64,000 bases of DNA from an uncultured Candidatus Rokubacteria bacterium (GTDB lineage: Bacteria; Methylomirabilota; Methylomirabilia; Rokubacteriales; CSP1-6), in the NCBI GenBank assembly GCA_963789955.1, contig CAWBMV010000037.1, forward strand, positions 64,001-128,000, written 5' to 3'. Made by a program: the position numbers and the translations under genes. Within the stretch, counting starts at the first letter, position 1. Every line of letters begins with the position of its first letter. Shown here one piece after another: positions 51,301-61,731 of the stretch. The notes beneath the pieces were generated by a model. It was not told the origin of the DNA, ran no database searches, and worked only from the letters and a program-made list of their open reading frames with translations.

Positions 51301-52007
51301 GACACTCCCGGCCGCTCGGCGTTATCTTCGGGATGGGCCAACACGATGAACTGGTAACCGAGAAGACGGCGCACCTTGCGCGCGATCACCGCGTTGATCG
51401 CGTGGGTGGCGTTCACCCACCCGCGATGCCAGCTCACCGGCAGGATCTGGTAGAGCGGCGCCGGGGTGGCGGTGAAGCGCTCGATCGAGAGACCCGCGTC
51501 GGCGAGCATCGCGCGCAGCGAGCGCTCGGTGAAGAACCGCAAGTGCGACTGATCGAGGATTCCACGGTCGAGGTAGTCGAAGCGTCCGACCAGGAGCAGC
51601 AGCCGGATCCACAGGTGCGCGATGTTCGGCACCGAGATGACCACGAACCCGGCGGGCGCCAGGCTTCGGTCGAGCTCCACGAGCACCCGCAGCGGGTCGA
51701 CCAGGTGCTCGAGCACGTCGCCGTACACGATGACGTCGAAGGGCCCCTCACCGACCGGGATCTCGCGGTCGAGATTCAAGGTGATCATGCGCTCGCAGTG
51801 GCGGGCGCCGGCCTGCGCGAGCACCGGATCGCCCTCGATCGCCGTCACGCGCCAGCCGCGCGCGGTGAGCTGGCGGCTCAGCAAACCGTCGGCGGCGCCG
51901 ACATCGAGCAGCCGCCGGCCCCGCCCGTCACCCAGCCAGCGCAGGATCACCGAGTGGCTGCTGTGCGGATCGGGCTTGAGGACGTACCGCGGTGACGTCC
52001 CGCTCAT
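51297..52007 (-). CDS. Class I SAM-dependent methyltransferase
   Basis: LLDVGAADG, GDVLEHLVDP, SVPNIAH, GILDQSHLRFFT. Confidence 0.9.
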   Translation of the reverse strand: MSGTSPRYVLKPDPHSSHSVILRWLGDGRGRRLLDVGAADGLLSRQLTARGWRVTAIEGDPVLAQAGARHCERMITLNLDREIPVGEGPFDVIVYGDVLEHLVDPLRVLVELDRSLAPAGFVVISVPNIAHLWIRLLLLVGRFDYLDRGILDQSHLRFFTERSLRAMLADAGLSIERFTATPAPLYQILPVSWHRGWVNATHAINAVIARKVRRLLGYQFIVLAHPEDNAERPGVS

Positions 52008-52014
52008 CGCTCAA

Positions 52015-53707
52015 TCATCGGACGGCAGGCCCTCGATCAGCAAGATTGGAATAGAGCCGGCGCCCGCCGGCTTCGGCGATCAGGTGGACGGAGGCCGGCG
52101 GCAGGGCGCGCACCACGCTCCGCGCCGGGTCGACCGTCGAGATCAGGAACACGCGGCCCGGAAGCTCGTCCAGACCCGCTCGAGCCGCGGCGAGTCCCAG
52201 AAGACGTCGCGCGCCTCGGGGAAGCCGGCGCCGAACGCGAGATTCGGCTGAAGGCCGTTGACGACATGCACCGGGGCCTTCACGACCAGGAGCAGCGACG
52301 CGCTGCTCTCGATCGGCCCCTCGTGCATGACGACGTCGCCCGGCTGGAGCCGACTCGCGAGCGCCGCCGTCAGCGGACGCACGGAGCGAGCTCGCGCCAG
52401 CTGCGTCCTCGCGTCCGCCGCGACCGCCGGCAGAAAGGCGATCGTCGCCGCCAGCGCGATCCCGACACCGAGCGCCGTGGCGCGCCACCAGGCAGCGGCC
52501 GTCAGCGCCACCGTGGCGAGCGCGAAGATCGCAAGGCCGGCTCGCGAGAGTGCGATGACGTCGAGTCCGGCCGAGCGCCGGACGCGAGCCGGCAGGAGCC
52601 CCGGCCAGGATCGCCACGCACACGCCCGTGACCAGCGCGAACAGCGCGAGCAAGGGGCCCACCAGCATCCGCGCCGTCGTCGCGCCCGTCGCGCCTTCGA
52701 TCGCCTCGTCCCAGACGCGCGCCGCCAGAAGGGCGAGCGCCGGAAACGCGACGAGGGCGTGATGAGGCAGCCTGAACGGCGCGAGCGCAGCGAACCCGAC
52801 GACGATCGCAGCCCAGAGTCCGAGCAGGAGCCAGAGCCGCGCCCGCGCGTCGGCCCAGGGCCGCCTGAACACCAGCGCGAACGCCCACGGCCAGCGCGAG
52901 CGCCCACGGAAGGAACCCGAGCAAGGTCAGGCCGAGGAAGCCGAGCAGTCCCAGCGGGGTTTCGTCGTCGGACGCCAGGCGCGGACGCGTGAACGCGTAG
53001 AGATGATTGTCGACCACGACGTGACGGAGAAAACCCGGGCTCCGCGTTTCCATCACGAGATACCAGGGCACGGCGATCGCGAGCGCCACCAGGACGCCCC
53101 ACCAGGGGATCCACGGGGTCACCGGCCGCTCGCGTGTGAGCCAGAAGAAGACCGCGATGACCGGCACGACGGCGAGCGCGTCGAGAAAGTCGCGTGTGAT
53201 CATGGCCAGGCCCAGGCTCGCGTAAAAGACGAGGAGCCCGCGGCGCGTGTCGCCGAGATACGCGAGCACGAACCCGGCCCAGGCGAGCGTGACCCAGAAC
53301 ACGAACAGGAGCTCCGGCCTCGCGGTGCGGCCGTAGACGAATACGCCGAGGTTCGCGGCGACCATGAGCCCGGCGAGCAGTCCCAGACGCGGCCCGCCCA
53401 GGGCGATGCCGAGGCGCGCGGTCAGCGCCGCGCAGCCCACGGCGGCCAGCGCGGGCCAGAGCCGCGCGGCGAACGGCGTCGCGCCAGCCGCGCCGAACGA
53501 GGCCGACACGAGCCAGTGGAGCAGCGGCGGCTGGTCGACGTAGCGCACGCCGTCGATCCGCGGTGTGATCCAGTCGCGAGCGAGCGCCATCTCACGCGCG
53601 ATCGCGGCATGGAATCCTTCCGGCGGATCGAGGAACGGCGCCGCGCCGAGCCCGACGAGGTACAGGCCGGCCGCCACGAGCGCAACGCCGAGCGGGATGC
53701 CCCGCAC
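52015..53707 (-). CDS. ArnT/PMT-like (GT-C) glycosyltransferase, frameshifted
   Basis: LDPPEG..A.IAREM, DWITPRIDGVRYVDQPPL, AARLWPA, PWY. Confidence 0.82.
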
Positions 53708-53718
53708 GGGACTGGGAG

Positions 53719-54448
53719 CTAGGTGACCTTGACGAGCGCGTCGGCCGGCAGGCTTCGGAGGAACTCGGTCAGCGCGCCGTCGAGGTACTCACGATCGCGG
53801 GACTCGAGCGTGACCTTCACCTTGTATTCAGGATTGGAGAACTCGGGGTAGGAGCCGAGCAGCAGCTGCGGGAAGCCCACCAGGAGCCGGTTCAGGTAGT
53901 CGGCGAGCACGCCCTCGCCGATGGCCACGAACACGTTCTTCAGGTGGATCGGCTGGTCGCGGAACCGTTCGCGGATGGCTTCGAACTTCTGGCGGAAGAT
54001 CTCCGGCACGCCGGGCAAGACGTACACGTTGCGCATCAGCACGGTCGGAAAGCGTATCGTCTCGCCGCCCACCAGCTCGGCGCCCTCGGGAATCTCGGCC
54101 ATCTTGAGATGCGACTCGTTGAGCCGGTCCCGGAAGTGACGCTGCAGCAGCGTCGACCAGCATCGGGTGGCGTACGACCTTGGCCCCCATGGCGAGCGCG
54201 ACCCCCTCGAGGGTGACGTCGTCGTGCGTGGGCCCCACGCCGCCCGAGGTGAACACGACGTCGTGGGCGCGGCTGAAGGCCGCGACTTCCTGGGCGATCA
54301 GCTGGATTTCGTCGGGGATGACGGTGATGCGTCGTACGTCGACGCCGAGCGCGCGGAGCTCCCGGCACAGATACGCGGCGTTGGCGTCGGCGATCTTCCC
54401 GGAGAGGATCTCGTTGCCCACGAGAATGATGCCCGCGGTCTTCGGCAT
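53719..54448 (-). CDS. CinA-like molybdopterin-binding-fold protein, frameshift near 54150
   Basis: VGNEILSGKIADAN, SGGVGPTHDDVT, VYVLPGVP, LGSYP. Confidence 0.88.
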
Positions 54449-54460
54449 GGGTCCCGAGCG

Positions 54461-54478
54461 ATTCTACGATGCTAGAAT
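54461..54478. promoter_or_regulatory. Back-to-back TAGAAT -10 elements between divergent genes
   Basis: ATTCTA-CGATGC-TAGAAT; the plus-strand copy has an extended TG. Confidence 0.55.
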
Positions 54479-54502
54479 GCAGGAGTCCATTCGGTGGTTC
54501 GC

Positions 54503-54543
54503 GCTGCAGGCCGTCGCGGGGCTGGGCCCCGCCGGCCGAGGCG
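54503..54543 (+). repeat. Repeat family B, third copy
   Basis: Reverse complement of 24662-24703 with one indel and one substitution. Confidence 0.88.
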
Positions 54544-54565
54544 CGATTCTGAATTGGAGACAACG

Positions 54566-55366
54566 ATGATTCAATTGAGCGGCTGGGCGCTCACCCTCGG
54601 CGCGTCGTCCGGGTTCGGCGAGGCGGCCAGTCTCGCGCTGGCCCGCGCCGGATTGAACATCTTCGGCGTCCATCTCGACCGCAAGGCGACGATGCCCAAT
54701 GCTGAGCGGATCACCGCCGAGATCAAGGCGCTCGGCCGCCAGGCGGTGTTCTTCAACGTCAACGCCGCCGACGCCGAGAAGCGCGCCGAAGTCGCCGGGC
54801 AGATGGCGCACGTGCTCGAGGAGCGCGGCGAGTCGGGCACGTTACGCGTGCTCCTGCACTCGCTGGCGTTCGGCACCCTCAAGCTCTACGTCGCCGATCC
54901 GATGAAGGAAGCCGTCACGCAGGCGCAGATGGACATGACCCTGGACGTGATGGCCCACTCGCTCGTCTACTGGACCCAGGAGGTCGTGGGCCGCGGGCTC
55001 ATGACGCGCGGCGGGCGCATCTACGCGATGACCTCGTCCGGCGGGACGCGCGTGCTGCCCTTCTACGGCCCGGTGTCCGCGGCAAAGGCGGCGCTCGAGT
55101 CGCATATCCGCCAGCTCGCCTCCGAGCTCGCGCCGCAAGGCATCACCGCGAACGCCATCCGCGCCGGCGTGACCGACACGCCCGCCCTGCAGAAGATCCC
55201 GAAGCACGACTCGATCATCGCCGAGGCACAGCGGCGCAACCCGAGCGGACGCATGACGACGACCGAGGACGTCGCGCGGGCCATCGTCGTGCTGTCCCAC
55301 CCTGACACGTACTGGATCACCGGCAACGTGATCGGCGTCGACGGCGGGGAAGATATCGTCGGGTGA
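54566..55366 (+). CDS. SDR oxidoreductase (FabL-like enoyl reductase family)
   Basis: LGASSGFG, LHSLAFG, YGPVSAAKAALE, GVTDTPAL. Confidence 0.88.
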   Translation: MIQLSGWALTLGASSGFGEAASLALARAGLNIFGVHLDRKATMPNAERITAEIKALGRQAVFFNVNAADAEKRAEVAGQMAHVLEERGESGTLRVLLHSLAFGTLKLYVADPMKEAVTQAQMDMTLDVMAHSLVYWTQEVVGRGLMTRGGRIYAMTSSGGTRVLPFYGPVSAAKAALESHIRQLASELAPQGITANAIRAGVTDTPALQKIPKHDSIIAEAQRRNPSGRMTTTEDVARAIVVLSHPDTYWITGNVIGVDGGEDIVG

Positions 55367-56155
55367 CCTACACCCAGGGGGTGGTGCTCGGCCTCGTCCA
55401 GGGGCTCACCGAGTTCCTCCCTGTATCGTCCTCCGGCCACCTGATCCTCGTGCCGCACGTCTTCGGCTGGCAGGATCAGGGGCTCGGCTTCGACGCGGTC
55501 ATGCATCTCGGGACGCTCGCGGCACTCCTCGCCTACTTCCGCCGCGAGCTCCTCGGCATGGCCACGGGCGCGCTCTCACGGCGACTCGCCGTCTTGCTCA
55601 TCCTGGCGACGATCCCCGGCGCGCTGGTCGGGCGTGATCCTGGAAAAGCTCGTCGAGTCCAAGCTCCGCTCACCCCTGCTCATCGCGTGCACGACCGCCG
55701 GATGGGCGATCGTCATGTGGATCGCCGATCGCCGCGCTGCGCCCGCGCCGACACGAGCGGGCGATCCGCTCGAGCGCGTCTCGCTCGGCCAGGCCCTCAC
55801 GGTCGGCTGCGCTCAGGCCCTGGCGTTGATCCCGGGCACGTCGCGCTCGGGCATCACGATCACCGCGGGACTGTTCAGCGGCTTCGATCGTGCGACGGCG
55901 GCCCGTTTCGCGTTCCTGCTGGGCATTCCGATCACCGCCGGCGCGGGCAGCCTGAAGGCGCTCCACTTGCTGAAGGAAGGTCTCCCGCCCGGTGACGGAG
56001 GGCCGTTGACGGCGGCGCTGATCACGGCGTTCGTCAGCGGCTGGTTCGCGGTGTGGTTTCTGGTCAGCTATCTGAAGACCCGCTCGCTGCAGCCGTTCGT
56101 GATCTACCGGCTGTTGCTCGCGCTCGTGATCTTCCTGGTCATCCTGCGCGGCTGA
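55363..56155 (+). CDS. uppP: Undecaprenyl-diphosphate phosphatase, frameshift near 55632
   Basis: QGLTEFLPVSSSGHL, QALALIPGTSRSG, FAFLLGIP, FVIYR. Confidence 0.93.
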
Positions 56156-56197
56156 CGCGACGACCCGGCCGGCTGCCCGAGGCGCCGAGCGCCGCGG

Positions 56198-56983
56198 TCA
56201 GGCCCACATCAGATCGAAGAGCCGGCAGGCGTTGGTCGAGAGCTGGAACATCACGTCCTCGACCGGCAGGTGCTTGAGCTTCGCGACTTCTTCGGCGACT
56301 CGGCTGGCGAGCCAGGGGCCGGACTCGACGCCCTCGAACTCGCCGCCGTACTCCCACGGACCATCGCTCTCGACCAGCAGGGCGTCGAGCGGGACGCCGG
56401 TGACGAGGTCGCGGTCGCGATCGCGGGACACGAGGTCCGGGGTGACCGAGACCAGGTAGCCGGCGTCGATGATGGCGCGCGTGACCGCGGCGGGCGCCTT
56501 GTGCCAGTGGAACACGGCGCGCTCGACACCGTGGTGCTTGAGCGCGTCGAGCGCGTCGGCCGCGGCGCCGTGGGGCGCGTGCAGCGCCACCGGAAGATTC
56601 CAGCGGATGGCGAGATCGAGGAGCCGGTCGAGCCGCGCTCGGCCCTGCTCACGGAGCGCGTCCGGGTCGGGCGCGCCCTCGAGCGAATACCACGGCAGGC
56701 CGATCTCGCCGATGCCCACGATCCGTGAATGATGCGCGGCGATCTGCGCCTCGACCCGCTGAAGGTCCTCGTCGCCGAGATCGGACCGATCCGGGTGGAA
56801 TCCCAGGCAGGCCCAGACCGACTTGGGCGCGGCGGCGGCCGCCTCGAGCGTTTGCGCATTCGTCTCGGGGTCGCAGCCGACGGCGATCGCGCCCCACACG
56901 TCGTGCGCCATCGACAGCCGGAGCGTCTCCTTGAGGTCGGCGAACGCCGGATCGTGCAGGTGACAGTGGCTGTCGATGAGCAT
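56198..56983 (-). CDS. TatD-family hydrolase
   Basis: IDSHCHL, GFHP, IGEIGL, VFHW, LVESDGP. Confidence 0.9.
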   Translation of the reverse strand: MLIDSHCHLHDPAFADLKETLRLSMAHDVWGAIAVGCDPETNAQTLEAAAAAPKSVWACLGFHPDRSDLGDEDLQRVEAQIAAHHSRIVGIGEIGLPWYSLEGAPDPDALREQGRARLDRLLDLAIRWNLPVALHAPHGAAADALDALKHHGVERAVFHWHKAPAAVTRAIIDAGYLVSVTPDLVSRDRDRDLVTGVPLDALLVESDGPWEYGGEFEGVESGPWLASRVAEEVAKLKHLPVEDVMFQLSTNACRLFDLMWA

Positions 56984-56994
56984 CGTGCAGTCTG

Positions 56995-58329
56995 TCAGGT
57001 TCCCGCCACCACCATCCGGCCGATCCTGAGCGTGGGCGCCACTGTCCGATCACGCAGGACCAGGTCGTCCCCGACGCCGTCGATCGCCGACAGCATCTCC
57101 AGCAGATTGCCGGCCACCGTCACCTCCTCCACCGGATACGCGAGCTCGCCGTTCTCGATCCACTGCCCGACCGCACCGCGAGAATAATCGCCGGTGACGC
57201 CGTTGACGCCGAAGCCGATCAGCTCGGTCACGTAGAACCCGTTCTTGACCGACCGGATCAAGTCCTCCGGCTTCGTCGTTCCCGGCAGCATCATGAGGTT
57301 CGTCGTCGTGACCGAGACACCGCTGCCGTCCCGGCCGGCGTGGTGCGTGGACTCGAGGCCGAGCTTGCGGGCGCAGTAGGTGTCGAGCAAGTACGACTCG
57401 AGGACCCCCTCGCGCACCAGGACGGTCCGGCCCGTCGCCAGCCCCTCGCCGTCGAACGGACGCGAGCCGAGCGCCGACGGGATCAGGGCGTCGTCCACGA
57501 TCGTGACGCTCGGCGCCGCGATCTTCGTGCCGAGCCGGTCGAGCAGGAACGAGGCGCGGCGATAGAGGCTCGGGCCGCTCGCCGCGCCGGCGATCGAGCG
57601 CACCAGGCTCGCCGCGGTCTCCGGGTCGAACACCACCGGCACCTCGACCGATTTCATCTTGCGAGCGCCCAGCCGCCGCACCGCGCGCGCCGCCGCCTTG
57701 CGTCCGACGGCTTCGGGATCCTCGAGCCCGGCGCGCTTGCGCGCGGTCGAGTACCAGTAGTCGCGCTGCATCTCGCCGTTGCGCGACGCGATCGGCGACA
57801 CGCTGATACTGAAGCCCGTCGTCGCGTAGCCGTGGGCGAAGCCGTGCGAGGTCGCGTAGGCGTAGCGGGCGCGGCGATCGGAATACTCGGCGCCCTCGGA
57901 GTTGGTCACGCGCGGATCGCTCTCGAGCGCCGCCGCCTCGGCGCGGCGCGCGATCTCGATCTTCTCCTCGGGCGACAGATCGCCGCCCGCGTCCTCGAGG
58001 TCGAGATCGGGCACCCGCGCGATGAGGGTCGCCGGATCCGGCAAGCCGGCGTGGGGGTCCTCCGCCGTGATCTTCGCCAGCGCGGTCGCCTCGTCCACGA
58101 CCCGCTCGAGCGACTCCCGCGACAGGTCCGACGTCGACGCGGCGGCCGAGGCGCGGCCGGCGAAGACGCGCAGGGACAGCCGCTGCTCGCGAGAGTGGTT
58201 GATGTTCTCGATCTCGCGCATGCGCACGGAGGCGCTGAAGTGGCTCTCCTCGACGAGGAAACCGTCGGCAGCGGTGGCGCCGCGCTGGGCGGCGCGCTTG
58301 AGCACCGACACCAGCAGGTCGGTGTTCAT
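56995..58329 (-). CDS. pmbA: PmbA/TldE
   Basis: MQRDYWYS, SRPFDGEG, GVNGVTGDYSRG, EVTVAGNL. Confidence 0.93.
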   Translation of the reverse strand: MNTDLLVSVLKRAAQRGATAADGFLVEESHFSASVRMREIENINHSREQRLSLRVFAGRASAAASTSDLSRESLERVVDEATALAKITAEDPHAGLPDPATLIARVPDLDLEDAGGDLSPEEKIEIARRAEAAALESDPRVTNSEGAEYSDRRARYAYATSHGFAHGYATTGFSISVSPIASRNGEMQRDYWYSTARKRAGLEDPEAVGRKAAARAVRRLGARKMKSVEVPVVFDPETAASLVRSIAGAASGPSLYRRASFLLDRLGTKIAAPSVTIVDDALIPSALGSRPFDGEGLATGRTVLVREGVLESYLLDTYCARKLGLESTHHAGRDGSGVSVTTTNLMMLPGTTKPEDLIRSVKNGFYVTELIGFGVNGVTGDYSRGAVGQWIENGELAYPVEEVTVAGNLLEMLSAIDGVGDDLVLRDRTVAPTLRIGRMVVAGT

Positions 58330-58395
58330 TGTAGCGGGGTCCTCGAGGCCGGCTTGGACCGAGGGTGGCCTGAGATAGGCGCGAGCCGGCTCCGC
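58326..58395 (-). repeat. 70-bp dispersed repeat family A, copy 2
   Basis: Matches 11623-11692; contains the pmbA ATG. Confidence 0.9.
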
Positions 58396-58493
58396 GGCGA
58401 CGTATTCATCGCGTTATGCTCCGCGAGCCCGGCTTCCCGTCCACGGGCCCCGTGGTGGACCGAAGGTGACTCTGAGAGCGACGCACGCTGGCT

Positions 58494-59942
58494 TCATACC
58501 GCCGTCCCCCCCACGGTGATGCCGTCGATGCGGATCGTCGGGAGACCGACGCCGACCGGCACCGACTGCCCGTCCTTGCCGCAGGTCCCCACGCCTTCGT
58601 CGAGCTTCAGGTCGTTGCCGACTCGGGACACGCGCGTCAGGGCTTCCGGTCCGTTGCCGATGAGGGTCGCGCCCTTGACCGGCGCGGTGATCCGGCCGTC
58701 CTCGACCAGGTAGGCTTCGCTCGCCGAGAACACGAACTTGCCGTTCGTGATGTCCACCTGGCCGCCGCCGAAGGTCACGGCGTAGAGGCCGTGCTTGACG
58801 GACTTCAAGATCTCCTGGGGGTCGTCCTGGCCGGCGAGCATGAACGTGTTGGTCATGCGCGGCATCGGCGCGTACGCGTACGACTCGCGGCGTCCGTTGC
58901 CGGTCGGCTTCATGCCCATGAGCCGGGCGTTGAGCCGGTCTTGCATGTAGCCGGTGAGGATCCCGTTCTCGATCAGCACCGTGCGGCCCGTCGGCGTGCC
59001 CTCGTCGTCGACGTTGAGCGAGCCGCGCCGATTCGCGATCGTGCCGTCGTCGACCACCGTCACCAGCTCGGAGGCGACCTTCTGGCCCATGCGGCCGGCG
59101 AAGGCCGAGGTGCCCTTGCGATTGAAGTCGCCCTCGAGGCCGTGACCGATCGCCTCGTGCAGGAGAATTCCGGGCCAGCCCGGTCCGAACACGACCGTCA
59201 TCGCCCCGGCCGGCGCATCCACCGCGCTCAGCTTGAGCACGGCCTGGCGCGCCGCTTCCGCGGCGAACCGGCGCCAGCGCTCGTCTTGCAGGTAGAAGTC
59301 GAAGGTCACCCGCCCGCCGCCGCCGTACGAGCCGATCTCGCGCTTACCGCCGTCTTCGGCGATGGCGGTGACGTTGAGCCGGGTGAGCGGACGGATGTCG
59401 CCGACGGTCCAGCCGGACGCGGTGGCGATGAGCATGATCACTTCTTCGCTCGCGATCGACGCGATGACCTGCTTGATGCGGGGATCGGCCGCGCGGGTCT
59501 CGGCGTCGATCTTTCGCAACAGGTCGAGCTTGCGCGCGAGCTCGGCGGCGATCGGGGGCTCGGCCAAGGTGTAGAGATCGTGCGGGCGGCCGCGGCCCGG
59601 CAGGGCCAGATTCCCAGACGACGCGCTGCGGTCGGCGATCGCGCGCGCCTGGCGCGCGGCTTCTTCGAGGTTCTTGATCGAGATCTCGTCCGTGTGGGCG
59701 TAGCCGGTCCGGGTTCCCGACTGGGCCCGGACCCCTGCCCCCTGGCTCACGTGGCGCGAGGCCTTTTTGACCGCGCCTTCCTCGAGAACCAGATCTTCGT
59801 TGATGCGGTACTCGAGGTAGATATCGGCGTCGTCGACCTTGCCGATGAGGTTACCGCCGAGGACGCGCTCCATGAGATCGGACGTGATGCTGAATCGGTC
59901 AGAAAAAAAACTCTCCGGACGGGTGCGGGCCAGATCTGTCAT
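58494..59942 (-). CDS. tldD: Metalloprotease TldD
   Basis: GWPGILLHEAIGHGLEGDFNRKG, PRMTNT, CGKDGQSVPVGVG. Confidence 0.96.
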   Translation of the reverse strand: MTDLARTRPESFFSDRFSITSDLMERVLGGNLIGKVDDADIYLEYRINEDLVLEEGAVKKASRHVSQGAGVRAQSGTRTGYAHTDEISIKNLEEAARQARAIADRSASSGNLALPGRGRPHDLYTLAEPPIAAELARKLDLLRKIDAETRAADPRIKQVIASIASEEVIMLIATASGWTVGDIRPLTRLNVTAIAEDGGKREIGSYGGGGRVTFDFYLQDERWRRFAAEAARQAVLKLSAVDAPAGAMTVVFGPGWPGILLHEAIGHGLEGDFNRKGTSAFAGRMGQKVASELVTVVDDGTIANRRGSLNVDDEGTPTGRTVLIENGILTGYMQDRLNARLMGMKPTGNGRRESYAYAPMPRMTNTFMLAGQDDPQEILKSVKHGLYAVTFGGGQVDITNGKFVFSASEAYLVEDGRITAPVKGATLIGNGPEALTRVSRVGNDLKLDEGVGTCGKDGQSVPVGVGLPTIRIDGITVGGTAV

Positions 59943-60076
59943 TGGCGGTTCGGCCTCCAGGCCGTCGTGAGGGCCAATCCTATCGCGCGACCCCCGGCGC
60001 CCCAAGCTTTTTGGATTCGTCTTTCCTACATCTTCATTCTACCTGTCGCGTGAAGTGTGAGACCGGCGGCACGAAG

Positions 60077-60884
60077 CTAACCAGCCGCTTGAAAGGCTCT
60101 GAATTATCTCGTGAATGCGTCTGACCCCGTGCACGAGCGACGGTCCAGGAGACAGGATGTCGGCGCCGTCGATTTCGTGGATTTGGTTGGTCTTCACCGC
60201 CGCGATGTCAGTCCATCCCGGCCGGCGTCCTGATCTGGCTCGCGTCGACCGGCTTGCCGCACCACGACGCGAGGATGATCTGAGGGTCACGCGCGATGAC
60301 GGCCTCGGGCGTGACGATCCGGTCCGGGGCCGCGGGCTGGTCGCGCAGCTCGGCGAACACGTCGCGCCCGCCGGCGATCTCGATGGCCTCGGACACCCAG
60401 CGAATGCCCGCGATCAGCGGGTCCATCCACTCCTCGAAGTAGACACGCGGGCGATCCGGCCACGCCGCCGAGTACTCGCGCACCTGGCGGATGTCGTCCC
60501 GCAGATCCCTGATCAGATCGCGGGCGCGCCCGCTCGCAGCCCAGCGCGCCGCCGATGAGCAGAATCGTTTCCAGGATCTCGTCGAACGAGCGCTGGTTGG
60601 TGCAGAGCACGGTCACGCCGGCCCCGATCAAATCGCGGACGACATCGCGCTGAAGATCGGAGAAGGCCAGGACCAGATCCGGCTCCAGCGCGAGGATCCG
60701 CTCCAGCTTGAACGTCGTGAAGCCGCCGACGCGAGCCTTCTCGCGCGCGGCTTCCGGGCGCCGCGCGGTGCCGGGGACGCCGACGACCCGATCACCGGCG
60801 CCCAGCAAGAAAGGCGATCTCCGCGGTCTCGGCCGTCAGGCAGACGACACGGCGCGGGAACTCCACCGCACTCTCGCCGTACAT
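60077..60884 (-). CDS. BtuF-like cobalamin/siderophore-binding-fold protein, several frameshifts
   Basis: PRRVVCLTAETAE, EPDLVLAFSDLQ, RPRVYFEEWMDP, ASWCGK, ILSPGP; ends approximate. Confidence 0.78.
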
Positions 60885-60886
60885 GC

Positions 60887-61599
60887 TCAGGTCGCAGAGC
60901 GCGCGCGAGCGGCCGCTCGACCCCGGCGAATCCGCTCAGCAGCAGCCATCCGGGAAATGCCCGAGCCCACTCGCGCGGTCCGTGCACGACGACGGCGCGG
61001 GAGCGTACCGCCGCGCTGAAGCTCAGATCCCCGAGCCAGACCTCTCGTCATCGCCTCGAGGTCCGCGCTGACGATCAGGTCGGATTCGAAGCCCGGATCT
61101 CTCACACACAGGTCGACCTCGGGGCGCTGGCAGGACGAGCCACAGGGTCGAGCGCCCCGATACCGCGCCGGGATGCCTCGAAAGTCGAAGCGCGTGACGA
61201 CGCGCTCGGCCGGGAAGACGGTCGACCGCGATCCGCCGGTGGATGTCCCACATGAGAGGCCCGGGGTCCAGGTTCTCCAGGCTCAGTCGCGACCGTGGAT
61301 CCAGCGCTGGCCCCACTCGCCGAGCCGGTCGATGACCGCGCGGAACTCCTCGCCGGCCGGCGTCAACCGATACTCGCGCCCCCGTCCGCTCTTAGCGGGA
61401 TGCTCTCGATCACGCCCGTGTCCTCGAGCGTGGCTGCAAGCGCTGGGCGAGCAGCGAGCGAGAGATCAGGGGCATGCCGCGGCGAGATCTTGAAGCGCCG
61501 GCTGCCGCAGAACATCTCGCGCAGTATCAGCGGGGTCCACCGCTCGGCGAAGACCTCGCTGGCCACCGCGACCGGGCAGAACTGTCCGTAGCCGCGCAT
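60887..61599 (-). CDS. HxlR-family regulator with C-terminal SCP2-like domain, heavily frameshifted
   Basis: MRGYGQFCPVAVASEVFAERWTPLILRE; LDPGPLMWDIHRR; DPGFESDLIVSADL. Confidence 0.78.
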
Positions 61600-61731
61600 C
61601 GTGACCGGACTCTAGGAGTCTGCGATCGACCGGCAAGTCCATTTTTTGGGCTTGCGTCCTCTCGACGGGGCGGCCATTGTCCATGGAGGAGGACATCACT
61701 GGCTGTCGCGACTCCGAGCCTCGACGAGGAC

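Noticed and set aside
59955..59976. Fourth copy of repeat family B upstream of tldD
   Set aside because: Only about 12 nt (CAGGCCGTCGTG) match, in the opposite orientation; compatible with chance.
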